This document shows positions 12,512 through 25,490 of a DNA stretch of 60,000 nt, piece after piece. The stretch's first letter is position 1, and the number at the start of each line of letters is the position of its first letter. This DNA comes from Camelus ferus (Eukaryota). The stretch spans positions 39,682,001-39,742,000 of the forward strand of contig NC_045696.1 in assembly GCF_009834535.1 (NCBI RefSeq), in the 5' to 3' direction. The translations under genes were made by a program, and so were the position numbers. The notes beneath the pieces are model-generated. The model saw nothing but the letters and a program-made list of their open reading frames with translations. It ran no database searches and was not told the origin of the DNA.

Positions 12512-13222
12512 CTTTGCACTGTCCTGAGTACGGCTCACGCTCCTGGCTTCTGAACTGGTCTAGAACTGAAGAGAAGGTGGTTTCAATTAGGCCCAGGTCC
12601 TGTCTGCAGGACCGAGCCTACTTCAGATGCAAGATCTGCAGAAATGGATCAATGTGTAAAACTTCCATTTAATGTTTCCACTTCTCCTGCTTTTGATGCC
12701 TAGTCTATGTTTTGTAAAATAGTAGAACATCATAAACACCACAAAAATACATGCTTATAATATTCTCTTGGGATGAGAGGGAGTCGTAATAATACTATCT
12801 CTGATTAATGCCAACATTTGATTACATTTGATTTATAGTCAAAGCATTCCAGTTACCCTAATCCATCCTGGGTCACAGAGGCTACGAGGAACACAGTAGT
12901 TATGCCTCCTGATCTTTAAAATGAAGTCAGGGTTTGGCAATAAACTTCCAGCCTTGCTCCAGGCTCTTTCAACACTTAGAAAAGGAGAAGCAAATAAATC
13001 ACTCTTCCACACGACCACCTACCTTTCTGATGGAGAAAAGCTGAGGTCGGATGACCCTGCCTGTGCTCTTGCAGACATTCAGACACCAAGCACACACAGT
13101 GAGAGTCCTTACCGCAAACACATTACTTCACAGACACCACTGACATTGATGTTGCTGAGCCCTAATTCGTCCCTACCCCACCTCTGTGCAACGTGCTTGT
13201 TACAAACAGCACATAGACTTAC

Positions 13223-13356
13223 ACCACAGACGTGACGTTGTTAGCCAGGGAGCTTTCATAGTACGGGATGCCTTTGCTGATTACGACGCTGATTTGGCCA
13301 CCCAAAACATTTGACACTACTCCTGCATGCACACCAGCCATGCACAACGGCGAGGA
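13223..13356 (-). CDS. DCBLD2: DCBLD2 exon 6 (LCCL)
   Basis: [44 protein letters not shown](V); acceptor cctcaag, donor GT|gtaagt; 134 nt. Confidence 0.96.
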
Positions 13357-13670
13357 CTTGAGGAGGGAAAAAGGAAAGATTGGTTTTAAAATTTCTTTTG
13401 ATGATTCAGAAATACAGCACTTATACTTCCTCTAGAAATAACTGATCTGGCCAGTTTTCTTAGTAAACATGAGATTACTGATGCCATAACATAGAACAGA
13501 TATTTTAACAGAAGATAAAGAATAAAACATCGCATACTACTAAAAAGAAGTAATTCCTAGAGAATAAAAATCAAGATATACAATAGGTTACACACCTATC
13601 TATGATGGAGTTAAAAAAATAAAAGTTTTATCACCACTTTAACATTATATCCAACCTATATCCAACTTAC

Positions 13671-13743
13671 ATCTCTATATCCATGAGGGATCGTTCCAGA
13701 GATCTCAGCAAAAGGAAGCAGACAACCAGCCGGGCAGTACTTA
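13671..13743 (-). CDS. DCBLD2: DCBLD2 exon 5 (LCCL)
   Basis: [24 protein letters not shown]; acceptor ttcacag, donor GAT|gtaagt; 73 nt. Confidence 0.96.
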
Positions 13744-14114
13744 CTGTGAAATAAAAACAAGTTAAGGGTACATAGTGCTGCCCTTTCTGGGGGAAGACCA
13801 AAAGGTCACTTGTCCATTTTTCAGTTCAATGTAAATACCATAACCTCACCTGGAGGGACCACCACTCAACAGCCCTCAAGACTTTCTTCATCCAGCTAAA
13901 CACAACATGTCTCTACCTACATATTCACAAAAACTTTCTCATATTCTACATGCTGTTTTGATTATTTTACTTCATAATAAATGGCAGAATATTTCTACTG
14001 TGAGAGCTATTCACAGTATTTAATAGCTACCAACAACTGATTTTGTGGAAATACCATACATTATTTTACCAATCCTCTATTGATCAAATTTAAGTTGATT
14101 AAAAAAATGTTGGC

Positions 14115-15600
14115 ATTCATTCATTTACTCACTCACTCATCCACCTCCCACTCAACACATCTACCTGAATGTCTATTATGTGTCTGGTAAGTGCTGGGCT
14201 GTGCTAGGTACTGGGTTTACAAAGGTCAACCAAATAATGTGCACTCCTCACCCGGTTTACATTCCAGTGATGGGACAAGACATTAAACCGACATTCAAAT
14301 GAGTGAGTAGATTATGATTCTGCTATAAACAAAAGGTGCTCTAGGAAATAACAGGGAGGAATCCAGCTTAATAAAAGTAACACAAACATCTAGTGAACTT
14401 ACTCTGTGCCAGGCAGCATTCTAAGTACACAGTTGAGGTAATTCCCCTAACAATCCTATATGGGAGGTACTATTATTATCCTCATTCTACAGATGGGGAA
14501 ACTGATGAGCTGTGTGCCCAGGTCACACAGCTGTTAAGTGGCCAATGCGCTCCAGAGTCCGTGTTCACACGCAGGGCTCTGCACTGCTTCAGTCAGGGAG
14601 CAGGGCTCCGAGGAAGGGAAGAAGCAGAGACCCACCGACCGTCACTGGAGCAAGTGGAGGGAGATGCACGCCCATCGGGAGGAACGGCATGCCCGGGAGA
14701 CAGGATGACCTGTGTATGTCTGGCCATGAGGGCCACCAGTGCAGGCAGAGGGCAGTGAGAAAGGTAAGGCTAGTCTGAGAGAACCTGCAATGGGGGACAG
14801 AGACCAGATCATGCAGAAGCTGTGGGAGCGATGGTGAGGAGTCTTGGAATGTATTTTGAAGGAAAAACAGGAAGTCGATAAAGGATTTTGACAGTGTATA
14901 CACATAATCTGATTCATTTTTTTAAAAAGGTAATTCTGGCTCCTGGAAAGAAGAGACCTTATGGACTGTGAGTGGAAGATGAGACGTTAGCTAGAGAGTG
15001 CAGCAGCCCAGAGAAAGAGGATGGCAGCTTGCGTTTGGGTGGTGACAGTTACTGGAGAGTGAAGGGTCCAAGACAGCTGGCCCTCTGGCAGGGCCGTGTG
15101 ACATACACTGATGCCAGGGTCACCTCTGCTGACCAGATCCCCCAAGAGTACTGAAGAGCACCCCCATCCCACATGGACAGAACCATTCCTGAAGACAGAA
15201 GGAAGGTTCTCTGGGGGTGTCGTAGCAAGCTGAGAGAGGTGAGTGAGATGGGTCTTAGAAGACAAGAATCAATTTGCTAAGCAGAGAAGAATAAAGTGAT
15301 TCTGGACGAAAGTTCTGAGAGCAGAGCAGTATAAATAATCCAGAGACATTTCAAAATGAGTACATAAGACTAGAAAAATGGCCCAAAAACTACTTGTTAA
15401 GGACCCTGGAACCAGACTAAGGGACATGGATGACATTTTGTCATAATACAGCAAGGGGGTGATCAGATATGGATTTTAGAAAATAACCCGGCAGAATGTG
15501 AATGGCAGAAAAAAGCCAGCGAAAGTTAGAAATGGGAAATCAATTACAAATTAATCCTAGTCCAGGCAAGACAAGGGCATAAAGCAGGGAAAGGGTAGTA
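14115..15600 (-). mobile_element. LINE-2 fragments interrupted by a MIR (~14375-14590)
   Basis: ttcattcatttactcactcactc tail, tgaatgtctattatgtgtctgg, later purine-rich L2 body; MIR core tattatcctcattctacagatggggaaactga...tgcccaggtcacacagct. Confidence 0.75.
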
Positions 15601-15969
15601 AAAATGCCACCCAGTAAGAACACTGAAGAATTTTGTAACAGCCTCAATCATCCTCTTACTTTTTTTGAGAAAAGATAAATAGCTCTTCTACCATTATTAG
15701 GAGTTGTGCCAGACTTTGAAGAGTGTCTAGTTCTACTACTTTTAGAGTACTTTCAAACTGTTTTTCCATTGTGGAGAAGATTCAAATGCTACAAGTGAAG
15801 CAAAGTTTAAACATGGCTACTCAATGGTTTTTAATAAGCTCTGATTTATTGATGTCTAAGAACAATGATTATGTGTCACACCACGTACATTAATCTTAAG
15901 TGCATAAGATGAGGATGAAGCAGATGAAAAGTAACATTTAAGGGGGAAAAGTCACAAATATGGTCATAC

Positions 15970-16021
15970 CTGAACTCAGGTTCCAAAAAACTGGATGCAG
16001 TGTCTAAACAAGTAATTAGAT
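15970..16021 (-). CDS. DCBLD2: DCBLD2 exon 4 (start of LCCL domain)
   Basis: (D)LITCLDTASSFLEPEF(S); acceptor ttctag, donor AG|gtatga; 52 nt. Confidence 0.95.
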
Positions 16022-16437
16022 CTAGAAAAACAGAAATAAAAAACTAATTCAATAATAATAGGTTTATTCTTGCTGAAACACCAACCGTTTCCAAATCACA
16101 AATCATTTTGTTCTCAATTTTGAAACCTTTACAGCTGTCAAATACTTTAACTTTTTACAAATTTTTGTTAATCACAACTTCTTTCTGATTTTAAGTATCT
16201 TGATCTCTGGGCCTATGTCTACCCTATACTGAATATTACCACGTCACCTCACAGAGTCATACATCACACACATGGATGGTACACAGAGAACTATAATTTA
16301 TAGCCTTAGTTTCTGTAAGATATAGGTCCTGAAACAAACAAAAATTCTTAGTTATTGTATGAGTAAAAAGGTTCCTTTGCTGATTACACATGAGGAGAAC
16401 AGTAACAAAAGAGGTAAGTTAACGCTGTGGCTCTAAA

Positions 16438-16612
16438 TCACTGCTCCTCTAAATCTGGTCCACGGACAGGACCAGCAGCAGCAGCACCTTCTGGGAAGTT
16501 CCTAAAAATTCAAATTCTTGAACATCATCCAGACCTACAGAATCTCCAGGAGTAGGGACCAAAATCTGCTTTAACAAGTCCACCAGGTAATTCTAAAGCA
16601 CACTCCACATAA
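16438..16612. mobile_element. MER5A-like hAT-Charlie MITE
   Basis: ggaccagcagcagcagcaccttctgggaagtt...ccagacctacagaatctccaggagtaggg...ttaacaagtccaccaggtaattctaaagcacac. Confidence 0.8.
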
Positions 16613-18384
16613 GACAGAATTTTAAAGTTTCAACATTTTCTATCTCAAAATCAACAAATCTGAGTAAGAGCTAATCTTGTCTAATTAAGACCTAGTTCAC
16701 AGGCTGACTAAAAGGCAGCTTCCGGTTCAAGCATTTCAAAGGTTTCCTTCTGCTCTTAGGATAGAAGACAAAGGCCTCAGTCTCGTTTTTGTCCCTGTCT
16801 TGGCTTCTTGCCACACTAGTCTTCTGTTTGCTCCTGTGCTCTCTTGGCCGGGAAAGTGTCCCCTCTACCCAGTCCCCTAGCTCACTCCTCTCTAAATCTC
16901 ATCTTAACTGTCACTGGCTTTCAGAAGCTGTTCCTGATCTCTGCCAAGTCAAACTGTGAGTACACAGTAGGTACTTACGGTTTTTTGGTTTTTTTTTTTA
17001 ACATATGGATGACTATTGTATGTTCTCAGAGTAACATGTGTCATGTAAGAATGATCTGTTGTAACTATACAGTTATAAGCAACATCATTTGATGATGCCT
17101 AGGCTCCGGGCAGCGCCCACAGCTGTTGGTCTCACCGCTGCATCACCAGCAGCAATCACAGCGTAACAGGAGAAGGGGATGAGTGAAATGGATGAATAAA
17201 AGTTATGGATTGTTAGCATGTTTGTCTAAGTCCGACCATGGACCATCCTGTAGGGGAAAACCTGGAAGGTCATAAGGCAATCATAAAGATGAGTGATTCC
17301 ACACAGAAACGCTGAGTCCAGCACGATGCTAAGGTACCCAACACGCTGCTGGAGACAACACCTCACATGTGCTCTCTCCGAGCACACTGATGGCGTACAA
17401 ATGTGTGTTAAATTAATACCAAGCAAGGATGACTGAATACTTTATTTTACAATTCTAAAGACAACTAAAAAGTATCCAACTAAAATATGCCTTGAAAGAA
17501 CTAGAGAATAGTAACTGTTAAACCAATAGGAAAGTGGTATTTTGGGAGTGATTACGTGAATTAGGATCTATATACCACAGGCACTTGAGTGATGATTACA
17601 TTAAATCTGTATTTTAGGAGTTTAAGAGGATACATGCCTGGATAGGGGTTCACTGCCACCTGGTTGACTGATTGGGAAAAGTAGACAAACTGAATTGCCT
17701 TACACTCTAGAGTTATTTCTGGCAATCTTTACAGAGCATCAATAAGAATTGATTTTCCACTTTCCTGCTCTACCAAAAGAGTTTCCAACTTCTAAGATTA
17801 GAAACTAAACTTCTAAGATTAATAGCCTGGGATGAAAAGGTACCTGTGTGGTCCAACACGGCATTCAAGCCACCAGAAGCCTGCCAGCTGGCCCGATTGC
17901 CTTCAGGCCACATGCCAGAATGCTAGTCAACTACGGATCTTGATCAGAACATGGCTTTATTATAATAAGATCCACGCAGTGCTGACACTCCAGATTATGC
18001 GCAAATGTATGCAACTCACATGGTCTTGCTCTCAAATTCCATGCGGGCTCAAAAGAACTCCCTTGGAGGAAAATACAAATTCAAAATGGACAGCTGCAAG
18101 AAGATCAAGAATACAAAGACAGAAACAGAACGCCACGATTACAGACTTTCACCTTTACAACTCCACCAAGGCAAAGAAAACATCAACTAGGCAGGGAACT
18201 AAGAAGCTTTAGAATGTGTCTTTCTTGAAAGCTTCTCCCAAGTAAACAGCTTTCCAGAAATTCACTATCACTACAAGGCTTCCAGCTAATAAGAATACAG
18301 CTGAGGCAAGATGAAGACAGCTCAGAGGAAACCACCCAACTCAAAGATTTCTCAGAGTGTAAGAAGTGTAAGAAGCTACCATCA

Positions 18385-19720
18385 TGAATGGAACAGAACC
18401 GAGAGTCTAGAAATAAATCCTCAAATTTACAGTCAACTGATTTCAACAAGGGTGCCAAGACAATTCAGTGGGGTAAGAACAGTCTTTTTAACAAATGCTG
18501 CTGGGACAACTGGGTATCCACATGCAAAAGAATGAAACTGAAACCCCTACCTCCGATCATACAAAAATGAACTCAAAGTGTATCTAAATGCAATTCTAAA
18601 ACTATAAAACACTTAGAAGAAAATATAGTTGCAAATCTTGACCATGGATTAAGCAATGGTTTCTTAGATATAGCACCAAAATCAGAAGTAACCACATAAA
18701 ATTATAATAAAGTGATTTCATCAAAATTGAAAACTTTTGTGCTTTAAAGAATCCTCTCATGAAAGAGAAATACAACCCAAAGAATGACAAAATACTTGCA
18801 AACCATGTATCTGATAAGGACCTAGTATCCAGAATACATAAAGAATTATTACAACTCGACCTTAAAAAGACAAATAACCTAATTTAAAAATGAGCAAAGG
18901 ATCTAAACAGACATTTCTCCAATGAAGATACACAAATGGCCAATAAGCACATGAAAAGACACTCAGCAATCATTAACCGTCAGGAAAATAAAAATAAAAA
19001 TCACAATGAGATACCACTTACACCCACTAGGATGGCTAGAATCAAAAAACAGATAACTGTTGGCAAGGATGTAGAGAAACCGAACCCGCATACATTGCTA
19101 GAGGGATTGTGAAATGGTGCAACTGCTTTGGAAAATCGTCTGGCAGCACCTTAAAAGGGTGAACTCAGAGGTACTATATGACCCAGCAATTCCACTACTA
19201 GATATACACCCAAGAAAATGGAAGACATGTGTCCATACAACACTTGTACACAAATGTTCATCAACTGATGGACGGGTAAACAAAATGGGGGGAAAAAGTG
19301 GTATACCCTGAAAATGAAATATTATGTGGCCTTAAAAAGGAATGATGTACTCAAACACACAACAACATGGATGAACTCTGAAAATGTGTCACGTGAAAGA
19401 AGCCAGTCATACAATGCCTCACTATGTATGATTTCATCTAGGTGAAATGTCCAGAAGAGGCAAATCTATAGAGAAAAAAGTAGATCAGTGGTAACCAAGG
19501 ACTGGAGAGGGTTAAGGGCTAGGGACTGGGGAGTGATTTTTACTGAATATAGGGTTTATCTGGGGTGATGCAAATGTTCTAAAATTGACTGTGGTGATAA
19601 CTACACAACTCTGAACATACTGAAAAATCAATGAATTGTATATTTTAAGTAGATGAATTGTATGGTATGTAAATTATCTCCATAAAACTAATATTAAAAA
19701 CTTGAAAAAAGAAAGAAAAA
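18385..19720 (+). mobile_element. L1 (L1MB-like) ORF2 3' part plus 3'UTR and A-rich tail
   Basis: ORF 18388..18570 contains L1 ORF2-like KGAKTIQWGKNSLFNKCCWDNW; gacccagcaattccactactagatatacacccaag; ends in A-rich tail. Confidence 0.92.
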
Positions 19721-19824
19721 GAAGCTATCACGAAAGTAGTAACAATTTCCTTTCATATAATATACAGCAAGACTGCATGAATGGATGCAATGAAGCTTAT
19801 TAGTAAAAGACCCAGGATTGGCAG

Positions 19825-20490
19825 TTTGTTCATTCAAAAAACATTTAATAAGCATGTATTATGATTAGGCATTCTTCTAGGTGCCAATCAGACAAAAATC
19901 CCTGCATATGTGAAGAGTACCTCCTGCAAGGGGTAAGAGAAAACAGATAATGTGAGGAAGAAAAATATATAGTGAGCTGGGAGGTGATAAATACCTAGAA
20001 AAATAATGAAAGGAGGGCAGTAAGGAAAAAACTTAAGGGGTTGCAATTTTAAAGAAAGTGGCCAGGGGGGCCTTACTGAGAAGACTGCATTTGAATACAA
20101 CTCTAAAACAGGTGAGGGAGTGAGGTATCAGGTATGTGGATAACTGAGAAGAGGCAGAGGGACTCAGAAGGGCATGTCTGAGGTCAGAACAAGGGGAAAA
20201 CAAGAGATGAAGTCAAACGAGTAATGAGAAGACATGCTATCGTGTCTTGGAGGTAAGGACAGTGGGCAGCGTGAGGTGGGACCTTCCATTTAATAGGATC
20301 ACACTGATCACTGGGCAGAACTGACATCAGGGTTGTTGGTAACGTGACCTAGAGTGGTGGCACTGGAGGCGATGAGATGCAGACTCTGATATATGAACAC
20401 ATATTCAGAGGTGTGCCTGATGGATGTGAAGTTTGAGACAGAGAGAAGAGTCAAAGATAACTCCAAGGCTTCTGACCTGAGCAAACTGAA
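19825..20490 (-). mobile_element. LINE-2 (L2a-like) fragment
   Basis: ttcattcaaaaaacatttaataagcatgtattatg...aggatcacactg...agagtcaaagataactccaaggcttctgacctgagcaa. Confidence 0.8.
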
Positions 20491-23400
20491 AGTACAGTTT
20501 TATAATGTAAAGTGCTTAGGGCAATGATTATAATAAATACTGATACAGCACTCATTGTCAGCTCCATTATCATGCTGCAGACTTTAGCACATCCTACAAT
20601 ACCAGAAGTGCTATGTTTACAGTGAAGAGCAGTATGTGATTTACCACTTCTCAGCTAAGAGCTTCTGCATGGGATTTTTTTTTGTAATTTTAATCAAATA
20701 TTTAATACACACAAAACAATATTTACATCACACATATGACTACACAAAACACTAGATACATGGTGTACTTCATTCAGGTGCTGTGGACAACAGAGAGAGG
20801 CAGCAGTTGTGAGCAGAATGCCCCCTGGGGTTCTGCTGAAGCCGGCCAACCGGCTGGCACTCTGTCCTCTTCCTTGCTCAGCCCAAAGCAGAGGTGATGT
20901 CTACAGTGCTAGTAGACATCTATGCTAGTCTTTGCGGTAGAGTCTAACCCAACGTGAGTGTGATCGTAATCCCTACGGAAAGAGCTTCTCTGACATCTGC
21001 CTTCTTTAACCTTAGAAGGCTTCAAAGAGGAGGCAGGCCTCGGTGGGGTTCTGAAGGCAAGATGGTGTGATTGTAAGGAGGAGCGTGAGAAAAGATAAAA
21101 CCAAAGGAGAGCCAATCATCAACAACAGGAGGAATAACTTCAGGGTCTTCTTAATGAAAACAACAGCAGGTTTTCTAAGACAGCCCCAAACTGAGCACTA
21201 CTATCATCAGCCGTAGTTGATATCCTATACATAGGTTTCTTTTCAAATACAGTTAAAAATTTTCCCATACATAATAACTGCACAGGCTAAGGAACGTCAT
21301 AATTCTTCCACAAAATATTTATTTGAACATGATCTAACATTAACCCACACATAATACCATGAAAATAAGATAAATATTTTATAAGTTCACAAATTAATCA
21401 AAAGAATCGGCATACTGGCTACTATCTTGGAAATATTTTTGATTGACAGTACTGGCTATTTGTGAGATTGCAAGATTGTGAAAGAGATTTAGATCTTCCC
21501 CCAATTAACACTGTTTCGTGTTCTTGAATAAATGGAAAAAACACTCCTTAGCACTATTAGAACCCATCACTTACAACAGTATAACACCAGCTCTATGAGC
21601 TGCAGGGTACAATATTTGTCCAGTTGAAGCCATTTACTTCTGAAGAAAGGGAATCTTGAGCAACTGTGTTTATTCTACCTCAAGAACACATAGAGGTACT
21701 GTAACTAAATCATAGAAAGAAGAAAATATATGAGCAAGACAATATATACCTACAAATTCTTCTCCTTGATTTGCTCTAAAATTCTTTACATTTCCCAGAG
21801 CCTGAAGGGACATGAAGTCATGCTTTCCCAATTCATACTCCGCCAGCAACCTTGCATCGCAGTCATACACACCTACAGCAGCGCCTCTGTTCAACTGCTA
21901 GAAAATGCGGGACAGACAAGGCGCATCTTGTTGCTAAGTTCTCTTGTCAATATTACTGTGTGACCTCGGGCCTAACTCCTTGTTTCCATGACAGGAACCT
22001 GGCATTAATTTTTGTACCATCTGCAATTTGGTGAAAGAAAATTTATATATATAATGAAACATAATTTATTGTGACTCGGAGTCCATTAACAGTTACTAAT
22101 TGGCAGATACTTTAAATGGCATTTTACATTTAATCTCCTTTTACATACTGAGAGCAGACATTAAATCTTGTGTTTCTCTTAGAAATATTACAATGCCATC
22201 TGTGGAAGCTGAGTCCACAAAAGGAAAAATTTTCTCAAATGACAATAGTCAATGTTTTTTTCTTTTTTTTAAATGGATGATGTAGGCATGCTCAGCGGCC
22301 TAGCAATGAACGAGGCAGTCGGATAAGCTATAAGCTACACATGGATAATAAATCAAACCCTCTCCACACCTAAATGCCTACATACTAAGAAATGAATGCA
22401 AGACATTACAAGTCATTATAAGATATAGTAAAATAAGACATTTATATTAAAATATAAAAGATACTAAAACATATTAAAGATTGTAAGACACACTAAAACC
22501 TTTTGCAACCTAGTGCCGAGGACACTAATAATAACCTAGTAAGAGTAGCAGTGAGTCGTCCCCAGGAGAGCACCACACAGCACAAACACATTCGTAATCC
22601 CTTCATAGCATTTCTAACCCACTAAAAACAAAATGAAAAACACGTAATAAACACTAAAATATTAAGGTGCTTGTCAGCTTATCCGTCACCTTGAAATAAA
22701 CTCTCTCATAAGGTGAACTGCCTGTTTGGGTTACACCAGATTAACAAATTAATTGTTTACAAATGCTCTCTGCAAAATTGGTAACACTATTCATCAGCAC
22801 CTTTATTCTACTAATTGACACCACAATACAGATATTTTTCTGCATGTATACTCATCACTATAAATATTCATTTGTGTATAAATAAGGACAAATCTAAAGA
22901 TATGCACATAAACAGAGACTTCATTAATAAAATCTTACTTAATAGTTTAAAAGTTTTAAAACAGTTGCCAGATACAACAAAAATTAGGGACAACAGAAAA
23001 ACTAAAATTAGAAATATAGCTAAGTGTAGTACTCAAAACAGAAAGGATTCTATAAAATTATTGTACAATTAAGGTAGCAAACCATCTAAGGAATTCATGC
23101 TCTATTTTCAAAACCAGAAACATCCCAAGCAGAAAAACACAACCAGTTACAGAAATCTGGACTCTATTAGAAAGGAGTTCTCTATTCCGCCCTATGTTTC
23201 ATTTACAAGTTAATACAATCTGATGTAAGACAGAAGAAATGGAAAATATTTGAAAAATATGTGGTTAAAGAATGTAGCAATCAGCAAATTGTGCTATTGG
23301 TGCTAATTCTAAAAATAATCTAACATATAGCAATAATAACTGTCAAATGGGAATATGTGCCAGGCTCAGCTGTTCACAAGTCTTCAGCACACTGTCATCA

Positions 23401-24719
23401 GATTTGAAGGGTTCAGCAGGTAATGATAAACAAGTGTTTATGAATTCCACTTAGGGAGGATGCTAATACATCTATACAGGATCATTTTATCTCACATGAA
23501 ATTTTAAACAATCTCCTATTTTTTCCTACAAAAATAAAGGCAAACTTTACACTGAATACGACACAGTCCTGGAGTGGTGAAATCTAAAGTAACGAGGTTT
23601 AACATTACTTTTTGAGGGATGATTTCATGTTCTACAAAAGGAGTATCAGACTACCAGTTTTCAGTTGTGCATGTATGTGCATACGTGTACACACACAACA
23701 CATAAACCCGCTTTATGGCACATAACAAATAGAGACTGCCTTAAAGGACCTGAAGCTTTCAATGCAAATGCAGATATGTCTTCCGAGCTCATCGTTCTGT
23801 GACTAAAATTACTTAAAAAATCATTGCCCAGAGTCATCCTAGAAATGTTGAGCTTTTCTTAGAAACTGGGTAATGCTGAACAGGTTCAAAACCAGGAATT
23901 TAGGTCACTCACCTATAAAATTTATTTTTCAAGTCCAGTGCTAAATGCTGTTTTTATATTTACATTTTAGAATGAAAATGTCAGTGTCATTTAGTGTACT
24001 GGATTAAAAGATCTGAGTTACTGAGTCTGGACCTCTGAGTGGTGGGTTCTACCTCTCTCAGTGAGACCAGCAGTAACTAAGGAGTTTCTCTCCACAGAAC
24101 TTCTAACCAGTAGTTGCTAATATGATGTTCAGGGTATCTCTAGGATCCACATCCATCTTCAATTTTCAAATGAAAATTTCAATTTCAGAAAGTATAGTTG
24201 GAATCTGATGGAATTATACTAACTCAGAGTAGAATTACCAATCCTCTAATAATTACTGAAGTGCTGATTAATACTTACATCTGTCTTTCCTTGCTACCCA
24301 ATGGAAACAGGAAATTTTTCTCTCACTGGTAGATAACATCTCTTAAAAATGAGGTTTACAGGTGAAAATTAAAAGTGATAACTGGTAAAGGAAAAGACTG
24401 GAAACTACGGCTCAAAGGTCACTAAAAATAACAGAGAGGAATAAAGCCGCAGAAGTCATAAAAACCAGACCCCAAAGTGGAGAGGACACCGGGTACAGAG
24501 CCCTGACACAGCCGCGGCACAGAGGCAGCTAAGCGCTTCAGCCCAGGGGCTCCTCTGTGTCCAAAGCCTCTCACCACAACTCCAACTCAGGTAGGATGAA
24601 TCCTAATCCTTTGAAATGTCTCCTTGTAGAAGACATATCTGGTTCAAAAGACTTTAAAAAGAATTAAATTAGAATTTGGCCTAATTCTAGAGTCACACTT
24701 ATAATAAGACTTTTTAATT

Positions 24720-25490
24720 CAATCACCTCTGACCTGGTGTCCCCTCTGCAGCCTCTTAACTGGCCTCCCTACAATTACTCTTCCCTCTTTTTGGCCCAAT
24801 CTTCACAGAGCAGGGAATCATAAAAAAAGCAAAACAGAAACTAAAATATAAATCCAGTCCTATCACTAATGTGCTCTAACAGCTTCCATGCACTTTTTTT
24901 TTAACTGAAGTATAGTCAATGTGTCAATTTCTGGTGTAGAACGTAATTGTTCAGTCATATGTATACATATATATATTCCTTTTCATATTCTTTTTCATTA
25001 TAGGTTACTACAAGATATGGAATATAGTGCCCTGTGCCATGCATTCTTTGCGGGATAAGTGCCCTTATAGTTTCTACAAGGCCCCGAAAAATGTGACGTA
25101 CTCACCACACGTTCACTCCACCCCAGAACTGCTGGCTTTTTTTCTGGCTCCCGCAAAGCTCCTTCACATAGTAAGCCCTTTGCACCTGCTGTTCTCTTCC
25201 CTAGAATATTCCTCCTTTGTCTGCCTGGAACCTCCAATTAATCCTTTGGTTCTAGGCTCAGAAATGACTTCAGGAAAGCTTTGCACTCATGCAAAGCCAC
25301 TACTCCCCGCACCTCTCTGGCCTCCTCCTGTTGGCACGTTTCCTTCATCATACTTATCCTAACTGCAACAACCGTGCCTTTTTCCAACCCTGGACTGTGA
25401 GTCCTATGAAGGGGAGGTTGTGTCTCATTTACTGCTGTCTTCCCAGTGCCTGGCATACTGCAGGAAATAAGGCCAATATTGAAGGGAATG
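24720..25490 (+). mobile_element. LINE-2 fragment hosting a young L1 tail
   Basis: cagcctcttaactggcctccct...agccctttgcacctgctgttctcttccctagaat...gactgtgagtcctatgaagggg...cccagtgcctggcata. Confidence 0.75.
24894..25037 (-). mobile_element. Young lineage-specific L1 3' tail (camelid-like), sense to DCBLD2
   Basis: poly-T, aactgaagtatagtcaatgtgtcaatttctggtgt...ggttactacaagatatggaatatagtgccctgtg; flanks share ccatgca (probable TSD). Confidence 0.85.

Noticed and set aside
17832..18212. Longest ORF in the window (126 aa, plus strand)
   Set aside because: No recognisable motif or splice context. It is antisense intronic sequence next to an L1 fragment.
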